Source: an uncultured Nitrospiraceae bacterium | GTDB lineage: Bacteria > Nitrospirota > Thermodesulfovibrionia > Thermodesulfovibrionales > SM23-35 | DNA length: 64,000 nt | Reading direction: 5' to 3' | Assembly: GCA_963727775.1 (NCBI GenBank) | Contig: CAVSHB010000002.1 | Coordinates: forward strand, 352,001 to 416,000 | In this document: one piece after another, positions 31,462-41,449 of the stretch | How positions within the stretch are numbered: the first letter of the stretch is position 1 | How the letters are laid out: every line of letters starts with the position of its first letter | Made by a program: the position numbers and the translations under genes | The notes under the pieces: model-generated | The model's input: the letters and a program-made list of their open reading frames with translations, nothing else | The model's database searches: none | What the model was told of the DNA's origin: nothing

Positions 31462-31758
31462 ATGGAAGCAATATCGTTCGAGTGGGATGAAAAGAAAAGT
31501 GTTTCAAATAAGAAAAAACATGGCATTAGTTTTGAAGAGGGCCGGACAGTATTTGCAGATGAGAATGCGTTACTTATTCATGACCCTGACCATTCGGACG
31601 ATGAAGATCGATTTGTTATGCTCGGATTAAGTGCACGCCTCAGGGTATTGGTTATTTGTCATAGCTACCGTAGAGACCTAACATCAATAAGAATTATTTC
31701 TGCCCGTAAAGCAACGCGCTTTGAGCAGAAGAAATACTGGGAGAGGTGGTCAAGATGA
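31462..31758 (+). CDS. brnT: BrnT family toxin
   Basis: FEWDEKK...N.KKHGISFEE, HS..EDRF, RIISARKAT. Confidence 0.93.
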   Translation: MEAISFEWDEKKSVSNKKKHGISFEEGRTVFADENALLIHDPDHSDDEDRFVMLGLSARLRVLVICHSYRRDLTSIRIISARKATRFEQKKYWERWSR

Positions 31759-31970
31759 GAAAAGAATATGATTTTTCAAAAGCAAAGAAAAATCCCTATG
31801 CGAGTCAACTTAAGAAGCAAGTAACTATTCGCCTTGATGAGGGGACAGTGGAATATTTTAAAAGACTGGCCAAAGAAGCGGGGATTCCCTATCAGACGCT
31901 GATCAATCTGTACTTGCGGGACTGTGCTGCAGCGGGTAGGAAACTCTCGATACAATGGAAAGCAGCATAA
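31755..31970 (+). CDS. brnA: BrnA family antitoxin
   Basis: MRKEYDFSKA..NPY, VTIRLD, YFK, PYQTLIN; ATGA overlap with toxin stop. Confidence 0.92.
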   Translation: MRKEYDFSKAKKNPYASQLKKQVTIRLDEGTVEYFKRLAKEAGIPYQTLINLYLRDCAAAGRKLSIQWKAA

Positions 31971-32095
31971 ATTATAAGCGGAGATTTTTCAGGATCTCTC
32001 TTCGAAACCTTTGAGCCAGTCGTTGTTTAAAGGAAAGACGTGCGTCTTTTGGGACAAATGTCACGCAGCATCTCTAAAATTCCTACGGCGGGAGA

Positions 32096-32132
32096 ACTTC
32101 TTCCTCTTCTAAGGAAGAAGTCAAGTTTTTTT
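32096..32132 (+). terminator. Possible intrinsic terminator
   Basis: ACTTCTTCCT/AGGAAGAAGT stem followed shortly by a T run; may instead belong to the IS110 non-coding end. Confidence 0.45.
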
Positions 32133-32351
32133 CTTGTCTTTCTCTGTTAAAGCTGAAATGGTTGTGGTGTTACTTCAACCTTTTACCTTTTCACCTAACC
32201 TCTTTTGTTCTACGAGCCTTATAGCTCAACTTACCTTATTCAGGTCGAAAGGATGGTGGAAGTTGACCAAGCTGAATCCTACAAGCCTTCTTTTTAGCTT
32301 ACGAAGAAGCACGGTCCTTCTTCCACCACAACCACTGTTTACTCCCATATA

Positions 32352-32566
32352 CTAAGCAGCAATTGTTACCGTATCCTGAAATCTCCGTTTGTCTCTTAAG
32401 AGTGCAAAGATTAGCTTGATCAGCTTTATTGCTACTGCGCACAGGATCTCTTTCTTCCTCGGCAGTTGACCAAACCGGTTCTTTGTCTGCAATTTTCGTT
32501 GATAATATTCTTGAAAATAGTTGGTGAGGACTACCACCCTCATGCTCATAAAGAAAAGACACTTCC
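32352..32566 (-). pseudogene. IS110 transposase, C-terminal fragment
   Basis: RKCLFFMSMR...YY.RK...AVAIKLIK.IFALL; joins the N-terminal part in frame across TTAA. Confidence 0.92.
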
Positions 32567-32570
32567 TTAA

Positions 32571-34191
32571 CCCGAAAAGTGCAATTGGAAAAGACATGCC
32601 TATAGATCCAAGCCTATCAAGGCAATCCCGGAATTAGCATTAGCAAAGCTAATCTTTACACTGTTTCTTGATCCGCCTCCTTTTGAAGTTTATTGTCATC
32701 TTGCAACTGCAGTGCAGGTATCCAGACCTGGCGGAAAGTATTGTCCTATGCGGCTAAAGAGGTATAAAAGTTTTGATCGTACTTTCTGTGTAAAGACGGA
32801 GATCCTCAATACCAGCGTTCTGCCGTTTCCTCCCAATTGGGCGGGTAGTACAAAATACTTATACCGCAAGGTCTTCAAGCGTTCTATCTTTTCTTTCTGG
32901 CCCAGTATCTGATGTCGAAACAGGACAAACAGATTGTAGATGAATACCCGAATAAGCATTGCCGCCTCTGTTGAATAGAAATACTTCATCGAGAACCCTC
33001 CAAGCGCAAAATCCTCTTTCAGTTCCTTGATGGTATTCTCATCGTTTGCCCTCGGCCTGCACTGCTTCCATACATCATATGCGGGATCATGTGAATTGGT
33101 TATCCATACGCTGTAACGATAATTCCCTGTATCAAACTCATCTCCGAAAAGAGATAACTCCTTCCCCATCGCATGCGGCCTCTTCTTTATATCCTGACGG
33201 ACTGCGATAAACCTCCTGTCGTTTATCCAATCGACATGCTGGAAAAAGAACTCCGTGATCCATATCCCCTCTTCTATCCGCTTCCAGTTTTGTTGTGCAT
33301 AAACCATCCTCTGCAAAGGACGGTATAGGCGAGCGGCTATGATATAGATTAATTTTCTCCGCTCCAAAAGTTCGATAAACTCTCTGAGATAAAATCCACT
33401 GTCCGCAATAACGCCCTTAATATCGATATGCCCGCTAATCCTCTGCCATGTGGACTCGAAAAATCCAATGATATTATTCCATGACATCACATTGCCGGGA
33501 CGGTTCCACAGATGTATCACATACTTGCTTCTGTTAAGAAATGCCAGAAGCGGGCTATGGCTCCCACGCCCTTTCTTCTTCGGGTTATATCCCCTCTTTG
33601 CCCCCTCCTGTTTGCCATATCGCTCAAGCACTGTAGAATCAAACGTCAGCCAGTCCTCTTTGATCTCCTCCCATGGAATCAATCTCTTCAAATATCCCCA
33701 TAGCCCTTCCGACATCGTTTCCACTTCCTTCAGCTTCCTGATTTTCCTGAAAAGCCTGCCCAATGTCGTAGAGGCCAAAGGAAGCCTCTTCACTGCAAAA
33801 AGATCTGTGAAAATCTCCTGCCAACCAAGATAAAGTAAATGAGAAAACCTGCTGCCTCCCGCATAGATCAGAAGGATGTACGCCAATACCTTGCTGTATA
33901 TCCCCATTCCATTGGGAGAACTCTCGTGGACCGGGATCACCTCTTGCAAAATTCCTCTCAATTTGATCTTTTCAAAAAATGCCGCCAATAAACTGAATCC
34001 CCCATATGCCGTCATCTTCTTCTCCGTAAATCCAATCCTTACTTTATTTATTTCGATGTTTGTGCTACATTTTGACTGCATATTTCTATTCTCCTTTCGT
34101 TTAGAGTTGATGGTCGCTCAAACCTATTGATTCTAATACGAAAGGAGAATTTCTTCGGGGATATTATTTTAGGTCAACTGCACTTTTTGGG
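32571..34191 (-). mobile_element. IS1380-family insertion sequence, 1621 bp
   Basis: Inverted repeats CCCGAAAAGTGCAATTG / CAACTGCACTTTTTGGG (15/17 match); TTAA duplicated at 32567-32570 and 34192-34195. Confidence 0.93.
32696..34081 (-). CDS. IS1380-family DDE transposase
   Basis: T.YGG, FDSTV..RYGKQEGA..GYNP, RPGN, ADSGF, R.N.EN.IKELK. Confidence 0.92.
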   Translation of the reverse strand: MQSKCSTNIEINKVRIGFTEKKMTAYGGFSLLAAFFEKIKLRGILQEVIPVHESSPNGMGIYSKVLAYILLIYAGGSRFSHLLYLGWQEIFTDLFAVKRLPLASTTLGRLFRKIRKLKEVETMSEGLWGYLKRLIPWEEIKEDWLTFDSTVLERYGKQEGAKRGYNPKKKGRGSHSPLLAFLNRSKYVIHLWNRPGNVMSWNNIIGFFESTWQRISGHIDIKGVIADSGFYLREFIELLERRKLIYIIAARLYRPLQRMVYAQQNWKRIEEGIWITEFFFQHVDWINDRRFIAVRQDIKKRPHAMGKELSLFGDEFDTGNYRYSVWITNSHDPAYDVWKQCRPRANDENTIKELKEDFALGGFSMKYFYSTEAAMLIRVFIYNLFVLFRHQILGQKEKIERLKTLRYKYFVLPAQLGGNGRTLVLRISVFTQKVRSKLLYLFSRIGQYFPPGLDTCTAVAR

Positions 34192-35242
34192 TTAAGAGCC
34201 AGCGTCCCTTTTTGGATATGAACTTGCGGCTTATCCTATAACCGGAATCGCTCTCCTGTGGATCATATCCTGCATATTTGACGATCTGACGGGCGTTTTG
34301 AAAATACGCCGGGTCTCCTAACTCTCCTAAGAAGATAGCGGCTGAAAGGGGGCCTATACCTGGGATGCTCAATAAATAGATCTCCTTTAGTGTGCTTTTC
34401 ATCTGTCGGTCAATATACTTGAGCATCAGTACGGTCCGTTTCACTTCTTCCAGACATATCTTTACCCTGTAGCGATCCGTACTGCCGATTCGTTTTACTC
34501 CAATGCTCTTTATTGCTGCCTGCTGGAGAGCTTTTGCTTTTTCGGCTGCTCCCGCCTTCTTCCTTGAGCTGTGGGCGATCAGTTCCTTGATAACTGCGTG
34601 TTTCATCGATACCACATCCTCGGGAAACGGACACAAATCAAGGATTGCCCATAAACTCCGGGAATTCATTGACCAAAATATCTCATGCAGCTCAGGGAAA
34701 TAGTCATCCAGTGCAGCATGAAGCGCATTTTTCGCTCCCACGCTATATCTCAAGAGTCTCTCCCTTACTTTCGACAATGTCCTTAGCTGTCTTACCACCC
34801 CGTCTTCAATTACGGTATCGATATATTTACCCTCTCTGGTGATATTCGTTATGGTCAATGCATCTCTTTTATCGCTCTTTGCAGAGGAACTCTCGTCAAG
34901 TTCCCGATGATGCTTCAGGGCCGTAGTCCGTACAAACCGAACTTCATAACCCTTCTCTTTTCCAAAGTAGGCAAGCTTCCTCCAGTAGTGCCCTGTCGGT
35001 TCCATCCCAATGAGCACGCCGTTCATGCCATACTTTGCTTTAAAACCCTCTGTCATCTTTACAAACTGCTCAAATCCTTCACGGTTGTTGTACAGTTTGG
35101 CGCAACTCCCCAACACGTTGCCCTCTTTGTTCATGAACCCCACCGCATTCCATGCATTCCCTACGTCCACTCCTATGACCAGGGTCTCCCTACTAATCCT
35201 TTCACGCTTTGCTACCTGCTTGTTATAATCTTTCTCAGACAT
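34192..35242 (-). pseudogene. IS110 transposase, N-terminal part (DEDD RuvC-like and Tnp domains)
   Basis: IGVDVG, MEPTGHYW, KSDKRDA, SIPGIG, YAG.DP...SG, ISKKG. Confidence 0.93.
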
Positions 35243-35393
35243 GGTGATCTCTCCTTTCTGTTATGTTGTTTGGATATTCAACTTTAACAGTTCGAGATTG
35301 CCATGTCTTTCCCTCTTCCTTATAGTAAGCTGAAATAGAGACCTTTGGAATCTGATATAATTATGTTTGTTACATCACATAATTAATGCATGA

Positions 35394-36254
35394 ATGCTAC
35401 CAATGACTTTTACTCATAAAACTGCCATAGCCTTTTTCGTCCAAAAGATTTTGGAGCAAGCCCAAAAGGACAATATAACAATTTCTAAAGCTCAGGAATA
35501 TATTTTTTCTTTGAATACTTATGAGCCAGATTCATATTCAAATCGTGTACTAATCGAGACATTTGAGAATGAATCAAGCATTAAGAATTTCGAAATCAAG
35601 ACAATAAAATTAATTTCAAATGCATACCAACGTGATGTAGCCAATAATAGTGATCTTCGGGCGGTTTATGGCGAAGCTTGCAAGGCTCTAAAATCAGGTA
35701 ATTATTACATCTACCGCTTGGTCACCAGAGCCATCGGACATCAAATCGATAAAATCGGAGAGTTCTTTGGTAGGTACACCTCGAATGATGAATATATACT
35801 TTGGGCTATTTTGTCTGGATTTATTTTTGCGCTTCTGGTCATCTTTGTAGTCGTCTCCTTCCGTACAGGAAAAGATATATTAGCTATATTATCTAACAGA
35901 GACTTTTTATTGTCGATAATATTATCCCTTTTGGCTACAGTTGTTTCGGTTAGAAAATATTTGCGTCTCACCAAAAAAGGACTATACGATATCTACTTTA
36001 GACAACGCATAGATCTCAAATCGGGTTTTTCTTTCAAGGGTATATTAAGTATAATCGGTATTTTCTTCTTGATTACAATTCTGACAGTTACAGCGGTTAG
36101 TAATTTCATTGCTGGTATGCAAGATAAGGATTATTTTCGCATGACCTTTGGATCAATCGAAATCATTTTTTATACTATCATTGTAATTATAATGATGGGA
36201 TTGCTTTTCATTAAGATTAAACTCTATTTGCAAAGTAACAAACGGAGATTCTAA
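35394..36254 (+). CDS. Hypothetical membrane protein (about four TMs), AT-rich
   Basis: 286-aa ORF, soluble N-terminus and hydrophobic C-terminal helices; no family recognised. Confidence 0.6.
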   Translation: MLPMTFTHKTAIAFFVQKILEQAQKDNITISKAQEYIFSLNTYEPDSYSNRVLIETFENESSIKNFEIKTIKLISNAYQRDVANNSDLRAVYGEACKALKSGNYYIYRLVTRAIGHQIDKIGEFFGRYTSNDEYILWAILSGFIFALLVIFVVVSFRTGKDILAILSNRDFLLSIILSLLATVVSVRKYLRLTKKGLYDIYFRQRIDLKSGFSFKGILSIIGIFFLITILTVTAVSNFIAGMQDKDYFRMTFGSIEIIFYTIIVIIMMGLLFIKIKLYLQSNKRRF

Positions 36255-36267
36255 TGACTCACTTTAT

Positions 36268-36398
36268 TAGACACCGCTTGAAAACGCACCCGCGACTCGG
36301 GCGTTAACCGTTTTTAACGGTAATCAACACCTTTTTAGCTTAGTCGAACCTGCGCATTAGCGGTGTAGTCGATACCCAGCGCTTTTCAGGCAGTCTTA
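36268..36398. repeat. MITE-like palindromic element
   Basis: Imperfect terminal inverted repeats AGAC..GCTTGAAAACGC / GCGCTTTTCAGGCAGTCT; inner hairpin ACCGTT/AACGGT. Confidence 0.5.
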
Positions 36399-36470
36399 AG
36401 AATAATCGAGATACCCGTTTGGTACAGATTGAGACTTAGCCTGTCGCCGTATATAGTTTGCTCAGGCTTT

Positions 36471-38252
36471 TTACACCTCCGGCAAATCTATCTTGATATA
36501 GAGTTCTTTCAGCTGTTTCGGTTCGACCGGTGAAGGACTGCCGCTCATAAGGCAGAACGCTTTCTGGGTCTTCGGAAATGCGATGACGTCCCTTATTGAT
36601 GTCGCGCCGACCATAAGCATTACAAGCCTGTCAAGGCCGAGGGCAATTCCCCCATGCGGCGGTGCGCCGTATTCGAGCGCTTCCAGCAGAAACCCGAACT
36701 TTAGCTTTGCGTCTTCTTCCGATATGCGTAAAAGCTCGAACATCTTCCGCTGCAGGTCGCGCCTGTGGATACGGATGCTCCCCCCACCTATCTCATAACC
36801 GTTAAGTACAATGTCATATGCCTTTGCCTTAAGAGAAGATAAAAGCTCTTTATTGTTAATATCGCCCGTAAGCATCTTCTCAATATCCCCATCCATCGGG
36901 GAAGTGAAGGGATGATGCATTGCCTCGAACCTGTCTTCTTCATCATTCCATTCGAGGAGCGGGAAGTCCGTGATCCATACAAATCTATACCCGGGCACTA
37001 TGAGGTTTAATTTTTTCCCGAGTTCCAGCCTCATCCTGCTCAGCACATCAAAAACAACCTTCTCCTTATCGGCAATAAAGAGCATCAGGTCTCCTTCCCC
37101 GGCATCAAGTCTCTGTGCCATCTGCTTCAGGATATCCTCGGGGAAGAATTTTGCTATCGGCGATTCAAAACCATTTTTTACCTTAATCCACGCGAGTCCT
37201 TTTGCTCCGAAGGACTGCGCCTCTTCGGTGAGCATATCTATCTCTTTTCGCGACAAACCTGCCATGCCTTTGCCGTTAATAGCTTTTACTCTTCCCCCTA
37301 ATTTGAGGGCGTCAAGAAAGACCTTAAAAGACCCTTTCTCTGCGAGATCAGCCATTTCCTTGAGCTCAAGTCTGAATCGCAGATCGGGCTTGTCGTTGCC
37401 GAACCTCTCTATGGATTCGCGGAAGCTCAATTTTTCAAACGGTATCTCAAGCTCAATATTGAGGACATCTCTGAAAAGCTTTTTTATCATGCCTTCGATG
37501 TTCCCGATAATGTCTTTCGTGTCCGCGAAAGACATTTCGATGTCAACCTGGGTGAATTCGGGCTGGCGGTCTGCACGAAGGTCTTCGTCCCTGAAACACT
37601 TTACGACCTGAAAATATCTTTCGAAGCCGGATACCATCAATATCTGTTTGAAAATTTGCGGTGATTGAGGGAGCGCATAAAAATGACCGGGATTCAGGCG
37701 GCTCGGCACAAGATAGTCTCTCGCGCCTTCGGGCGTGGATTTTGTGAGGATGGGCGTCTCTATCTCAAGAAATCCCTGCCCGTCGAGATAGTCCCTCATA
37801 AGCTTCGCGGCCTTATGCCTGATGATCAAATTCCTCTGCATATCGGGCCTTCTCAGGTCAAGATATCTGTGCTTAAGCCTCAGAGATTCCGATGTGTCGG
37901 CGGCATCCTCAATAGTGAAAGGCAGTGCGGCTGCCTCATTCAGGACCTCAAGGGTATTTACATACAGCTCTACCATGCCGGTAGGCATACCCGGATTTTC
38001 AGTACCCTGGGGTCTCTGCCTGATCTCGCCGGATACTCGTACCACATACTCACTCCTCAATCCATGTGCGCGCTCATGCGCATCGCCTGATACCTCGGGG
38101 CTGAAAACCACCTGAAGCACACCGCTTCTGTCGCGTAAATCTATAAATAGAAGGCCGCCGTGGTCCCTGCGTCTGAAAACCCAGCCGTTCAGGGTGAGGG
38201 TCAGCCCTATGTCAGCTTCTTTTATTCCTCCACATCCTTTATCACGAGCCAT
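36471..38252 (-). CDS. aspS: Aspartate--tRNA ligase (probably non-discriminating)
   Basis: RRRDHGG, STPEGARDYLVPSR, LPQSPQ, FRDEDLRADRQPEFTQ, PPHGGIALGLDR. Confidence 0.98.
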   Translation of the reverse strand: MARDKGCGGIKEADIGLTLTLNGWVFRRRDHGGLLFIDLRDRSGVLQVVFSPEVSGDAHERAHGLRSEYVVRVSGEIRQRPQGTENPGMPTGMVELYVNTLEVLNEAAALPFTIEDAADTSESLRLKHRYLDLRRPDMQRNLIIRHKAAKLMRDYLDGQGFLEIETPILTKSTPEGARDYLVPSRLNPGHFYALPQSPQIFKQILMVSGFERYFQVVKCFRDEDLRADRQPEFTQVDIEMSFADTKDIIGNIEGMIKKLFRDVLNIELEIPFEKLSFRESIERFGNDKPDLRFRLELKEMADLAEKGSFKVFLDALKLGGRVKAINGKGMAGLSRKEIDMLTEEAQSFGAKGLAWIKVKNGFESPIAKFFPEDILKQMAQRLDAGEGDLMLFIADKEKVVFDVLSRMRLELGKKLNLIVPGYRFVWITDFPLLEWNDEEDRFEAMHHPFTSPMDGDIEKMLTGDINNKELLSSLKAKAYDIVLNGYEIGGGSIRIHRRDLQRKMFELLRISEEDAKLKFGFLLEALEYGAPPHGGIALGLDRLVMLMVGATSIRDVIAFPKTQKAFCLMSGSPSPVEPKQLKELYIKIDLPEV

Positions 38253-38263
38253 ATGTCCTCCGA

Positions 38264-38983
38264 TTAACTGAAAACTTCTTGCTTTATTTTTTCAATCTCC
38301 TCAGTCGTCAAATATCTGTATCCACCCGGACCAAGTCTTCCCAGGTCGATTCCGTTTATCCTTATCCTTTGCAGCTTGAGCACCGGATGTCCTATGCTTT
38401 CGAGCATCCGTCTGATCTGCCTTTTCCTGCCTTCATGTATCGTCATCTCAAGCCATGAGTTATTTTCCGTGGTCTTGATCATCTTTACTTTTGCAGGAGC
38501 TGTTAACCCGTCAATGAGTTTTACCCCTTTTCTCAGCTTGACAAGCCCTCTTTCTTCCGGGATTCCCTTGACCTTAATGAGATAGGTCTTTGAAATCTTT
38601 TTTGAAGGATGGAGCACTGCATTTGCAAAATCCCCGTCATTTGTCAGTAAAAGGAGGCCTTCAGAATCATAATCAAGTCTTCCTACCGGATAAACTCTAT
38701 ATTTTACACCCCTCAGGAAATCTTTTACAGTCGTTCTGCCTTCAGGGTCCTGAAGTGATGTCACAACATTCCTGGGTTTGTTGAAAATAATGTAAGTTTT
38801 TGGTTCCCGCCTTGTCAGGAGCTTCCCGTCGAGCTTTATATGGTCTTTGGCCGGGTCAGCTTTTGTACCGAGCTCCGCTATCCGTCCATTCACCGTTATC
38901 CTGCCTTCGAGTATTATCTCCTCGGCCTTTCTCCTTGAGGCAATCCCCATTTCTGAGAGAATCTTCTGAAGTCTTTTTTCCAT
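38264..38983 (-). CDS. rluB: RsuA/RluB-family rRNA pseudouridine synthase
   Basis: S4 domain RLQK...SRRKAE, PVGRLDYDSEGL, EGRKRQIRRM; start taken at MEKRLQ. Confidence 0.9.
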   Translation of the reverse strand: MEKRLQKILSEMGIASRRKAEEIILEGRITVNGRIAELGTKADPAKDHIKLDGKLLTRREPKTYIIFNKPRNVVTSLQDPEGRTTVKDFLRGVKYRVYPVGRLDYDSEGLLLLTNDGDFANAVLHPSKKISKTYLIKVKGIPEERGLVKLRKGVKLIDGLTAPAKVKMIKTTENNSWLEMTIHEGRKRQIRRMLESIGHPVLKLQRIRINGIDLGRLGPGGYRYLTTEEIEKIKQEVFS

Positions 38984-39086
38984 AAGAGTAAATAATACCA
39001 TAAAAGCCTGTTCCCGATTTTTCATGCTGATATTTAAAGCGGTTTTAAGGTATAATAACCAAGCTTTTAGAGTTTAATAGATTAAG

Positions 39087-39127
39087 AAGACCTCAGAGGC
39101 TTTGAAGGCTCTGGGGTTTTTATTTTT
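39087..39127 (+). terminator. Terminator-like hairpin in the helicase leader (possible attenuator)
   Basis: AAGACCTCAGAG/CTCTGGGGTTTT stem and T tract downstream of TATAAT (39051-39056). Confidence 0.5.
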
Positions 39128-39208
39128 AGATCATGTGCAATTCTAACAATAAAGCCCTTCAGAGAATTTATATCTAACGGCAATAAAAATAAAAGAGGAC
39201 AAAGAAGA

Positions 39209-40771
39209 ATGAATTTTGATGACTTTAACTTAAGCAAGGAGACGATGAAATCCATAGCCGAAATAGGGTTCGAGGAGCCGACTCCTATCCAGGTTTCGGC
39301 GCTGCCGCTCATAATGGACGGTCGTGATATCGTCGGACAGGCGCAGACAGGCACAGGCAAGACCGCTGCTTTCGGCATCCCTATTGTGGAAAACTGTCAA
39401 AAGGGAAAAAATCCTTTTGCAATTATACTGGAGCCGACGAGGGAACTCGCTGTTCAGGTCGCACAGGAGATCCTCAGGATAGGCAAATTCAGGAAGATCA
39501 GTGTGCTGCCGGTTTATGGAGGCACCTCTATCGAAAGACAGATAAAGATATTGCAGCGGGGCGTGAATGTTGTTGTCGGGACGCCGGGCCGTGTTATAGA
39601 CCATCTGAACAGGAGGACCATTTCGTTGTCGGGCGTGAAGATTGTTGTTCTCGACGAAGCGGATGAAATGCTTGATATGGGATTTATTGAAGATATGGAA
39701 ACAATAATCAAAGCGACGCCTCCAGAGAGGCAGACGCTGTTATTTTCAGCCACAATCCCTCAACCTATCATGAACATCGCCAAACGGTATATGAGAAACC
39801 CGGAAAAAATACGGGTGAATGCAAACGATATTATTATCCCGAAGATAAAACAGATATTTTATGAGGTCAGGGAAGCGGACAAAGTGAATGCCCTTTCCAG
39901 GCTTCTTGATGTCGAAGACCCGTCGCTTGCGATTGTCTTCTGCCATACAAAAAGGGATGTTGATGAGGTTTCGACGAAACTCGAACAGATGGGATATAAT
40001 GCGGGCGCATTGCACGGTGATTTTACTCAGGCAAGGAGGGATGAGGTCATGAACAAGTTCAAGACAGGCATGCTCGATATCCTCGTTGCGACCGATGTGG
40101 CTGCACGGGGGCTTGATATAAAAGACGTGACCCATGTCATTAATTACAGCATCCCCCAGAACCCCGACAGCTATGTCCACAGGATCGGAAGGACCGGACG
40201 GGCCGGAAAGTCGGGAATTGCCATAACTTTCGTGACGCCGAGGGAATATAATCATTTGCGCCTGATAGAAAAAACCGCCAAGACGAGTATCGGCAGGAAG
40301 AAACTGCCTTCACAAACCGATGTGATAGCGGCAAGGAAGAAGAATATCCTCAAGGAAATTTCCGGCGTCATTCAGGAAAATAAACACGCGGAATATCTTT
40401 CGATGGTCAAAGACCTGTCAGAGCATTATGAGTCCGGCGATATTGCGGCAGCGGCCCTCTATTCCTTATATGGCGAGACAAAGGAAAGGCCTCTGGAGGA
40501 ACGTAAAGAAGAGAGCGGATCTGTCCGTTTATTTATGACAGTCGGCAGGAAGGACAATATAAAAACCGGTGATATTGTGAAATCCATTGTTTCGGAAGCC
40601 GGGATCCCCTTCAAGAAGATCGGGAAAATCAATGTGTTCGATAAGTTTACTTTTGTCGAAGTGCCCAGGGAGTTTTCCGACAGAATAATACGGTCGTTAA
40701 ATGATGTGATGATGAAAGGCAGGAGGATCAAGGTTCAGCACGCAAAGCCTGCAGACACTATGGGCTTCTGA
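39209..40771 (+). CDS. deaD: DEAD-box RNA helicase with DbpA-type RNA-binding domain
   Basis: AQTGTGKT, PTRELA, DEAD, SAT, ARGLD, HRIGRTGRAG, FTFVEVP tail. Confidence 0.93.
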   Translation: MNFDDFNLSKETMKSIAEIGFEEPTPIQVSALPLIMDGRDIVGQAQTGTGKTAAFGIPIVENCQKGKNPFAIILEPTRELAVQVAQEILRIGKFRKISVLPVYGGTSIERQIKILQRGVNVVVGTPGRVIDHLNRRTISLSGVKIVVLDEADEMLDMGFIEDMETIIKATPPERQTLLFSATIPQPIMNIAKRYMRNPEKIRVNANDIIIPKIKQIFYEVREADKVNALSRLLDVEDPSLAIVFCHTKRDVDEVSTKLEQMGYNAGALHGDFTQARRDEVMNKFKTGMLDILVATDVAARGLDIKDVTHVINYSIPQNPDSYVHRIGRTGRAGKSGIAITFVTPREYNHLRLIEKTAKTSIGRKKLPSQTDVIAARKKNILKEISGVIQENKHAEYLSMVKDLSEHYESGDIAAAALYSLYGETKERPLEERKEESGSVRLFMTVGRKDNIKTGDIVKSIVSEAGIPFKKIGKINVFDKFTFVEVPREFSDRIIRSLNDVMMKGRRIKVQHAKPADTMGF

Positions 40772-40800
40772 GGCTTTTGAGAAACTACTGCGGTTTCGGG

Positions 40801-41274
40801 TCAGACCCTGTTCTTCAGCCATTTCGCAGGGTCAATTATCATGGACCCGCTGTCCCCATCGGAATATACGACCTTAGCTATCCTTGAATTCAATATCATT
40901 CTTTTGCACATCATGCAAGGTTCGGAACTGCACTCTTTATTTTTATCATCGGCGCCCGAGATGTAAATTGTGGCCCCCCTTAACTCATCGGCAGACGCGC
41001 GGATGATTGCATTTGCCTCTGCATGTACGCTGTGACAGAGTTCATATCTCTCTCCATGAGGGATTTGGAGCTCTTTTCGTGTGCACTTCCCGACGTCGAG
41101 ACAGTCCTTCATCCCGGCGGGAGCGCCGTTATATCCGGTGCTTACGATGATGTTGTCCTTCGTGATGACCGCGCCGTATTTCCTTCTCAGACATGTCGCC
41201 CTTGCTGCGACTGCTTTCGCAATCCCTATGAAGTATTCATCCCAATCAGGCCTGAGCTTTTTCCTTTGTTTCAT
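40801..41274 (-). CDS. dCMP deaminase family protein
   Basis: RP.WDEYF, STGYNG, HAEANA, PCMMC. Confidence 0.92.
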   Translation of the reverse strand: MKQRKKLRPDWDEYFIGIAKAVAARATCLRRKYGAVITKDNIIVSTGYNGAPAGMKDCLDVGKCTRKELQIPHGERYELCHSVHAEANAIIRASADELRGATIYISGADDKNKECSSEPCMMCKRMILNSRIAKVVYSDGDSGSMIIDPAKWLKNRV

Positions 41275-41318
41275 GCTATTGCATAATAGCTTACAAGCTT
41301 AACTGCTTTCAAGAGCTC

Positions 41319-41333
41319 CGGCAGGCAATTTGC
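41319..41333 (+). promoter_or_regulatory. Candidate sigma-54 (-24/-12) promoter
   Basis: CGGCAGGCAATTTGC versus consensus TGGCACGNNNNTTGC, upstream of the PilZ gene. Confidence 0.4.
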
Positions 41334-41449
41334 CATTCTCTTAGGAAAGGTTGCTCTATTTTGTTTTTCAGTTTCATTTTTCAGTTGTTTTTCTAATACT
41401 ACTTTATTGCAATTTATTGCAAAGATAATGAATAATTCTAAAGGGTGAT

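Larger units (their letters stand above)
31975..35336 (-). mobile_element. IS110-family element (ends approximate), interrupted by an IS1380
   Basis: Split transposase plus a long structured 3' non-coding region; ends inferred from TAAGC / AAGCTGAAAT matches. Confidence 0.8.

Noticed and set aside
32134..32355. 73-aa plus-strand ORF
   Set aside because: No RBS or recognisable family; lies antisense to the IS110 non-coding region
34169..34191. C-terminal TQKVQLT of the 357-aa IS110 ORF
   Set aside because: Read-through into the IS1380 inverted repeat, not a real terminus
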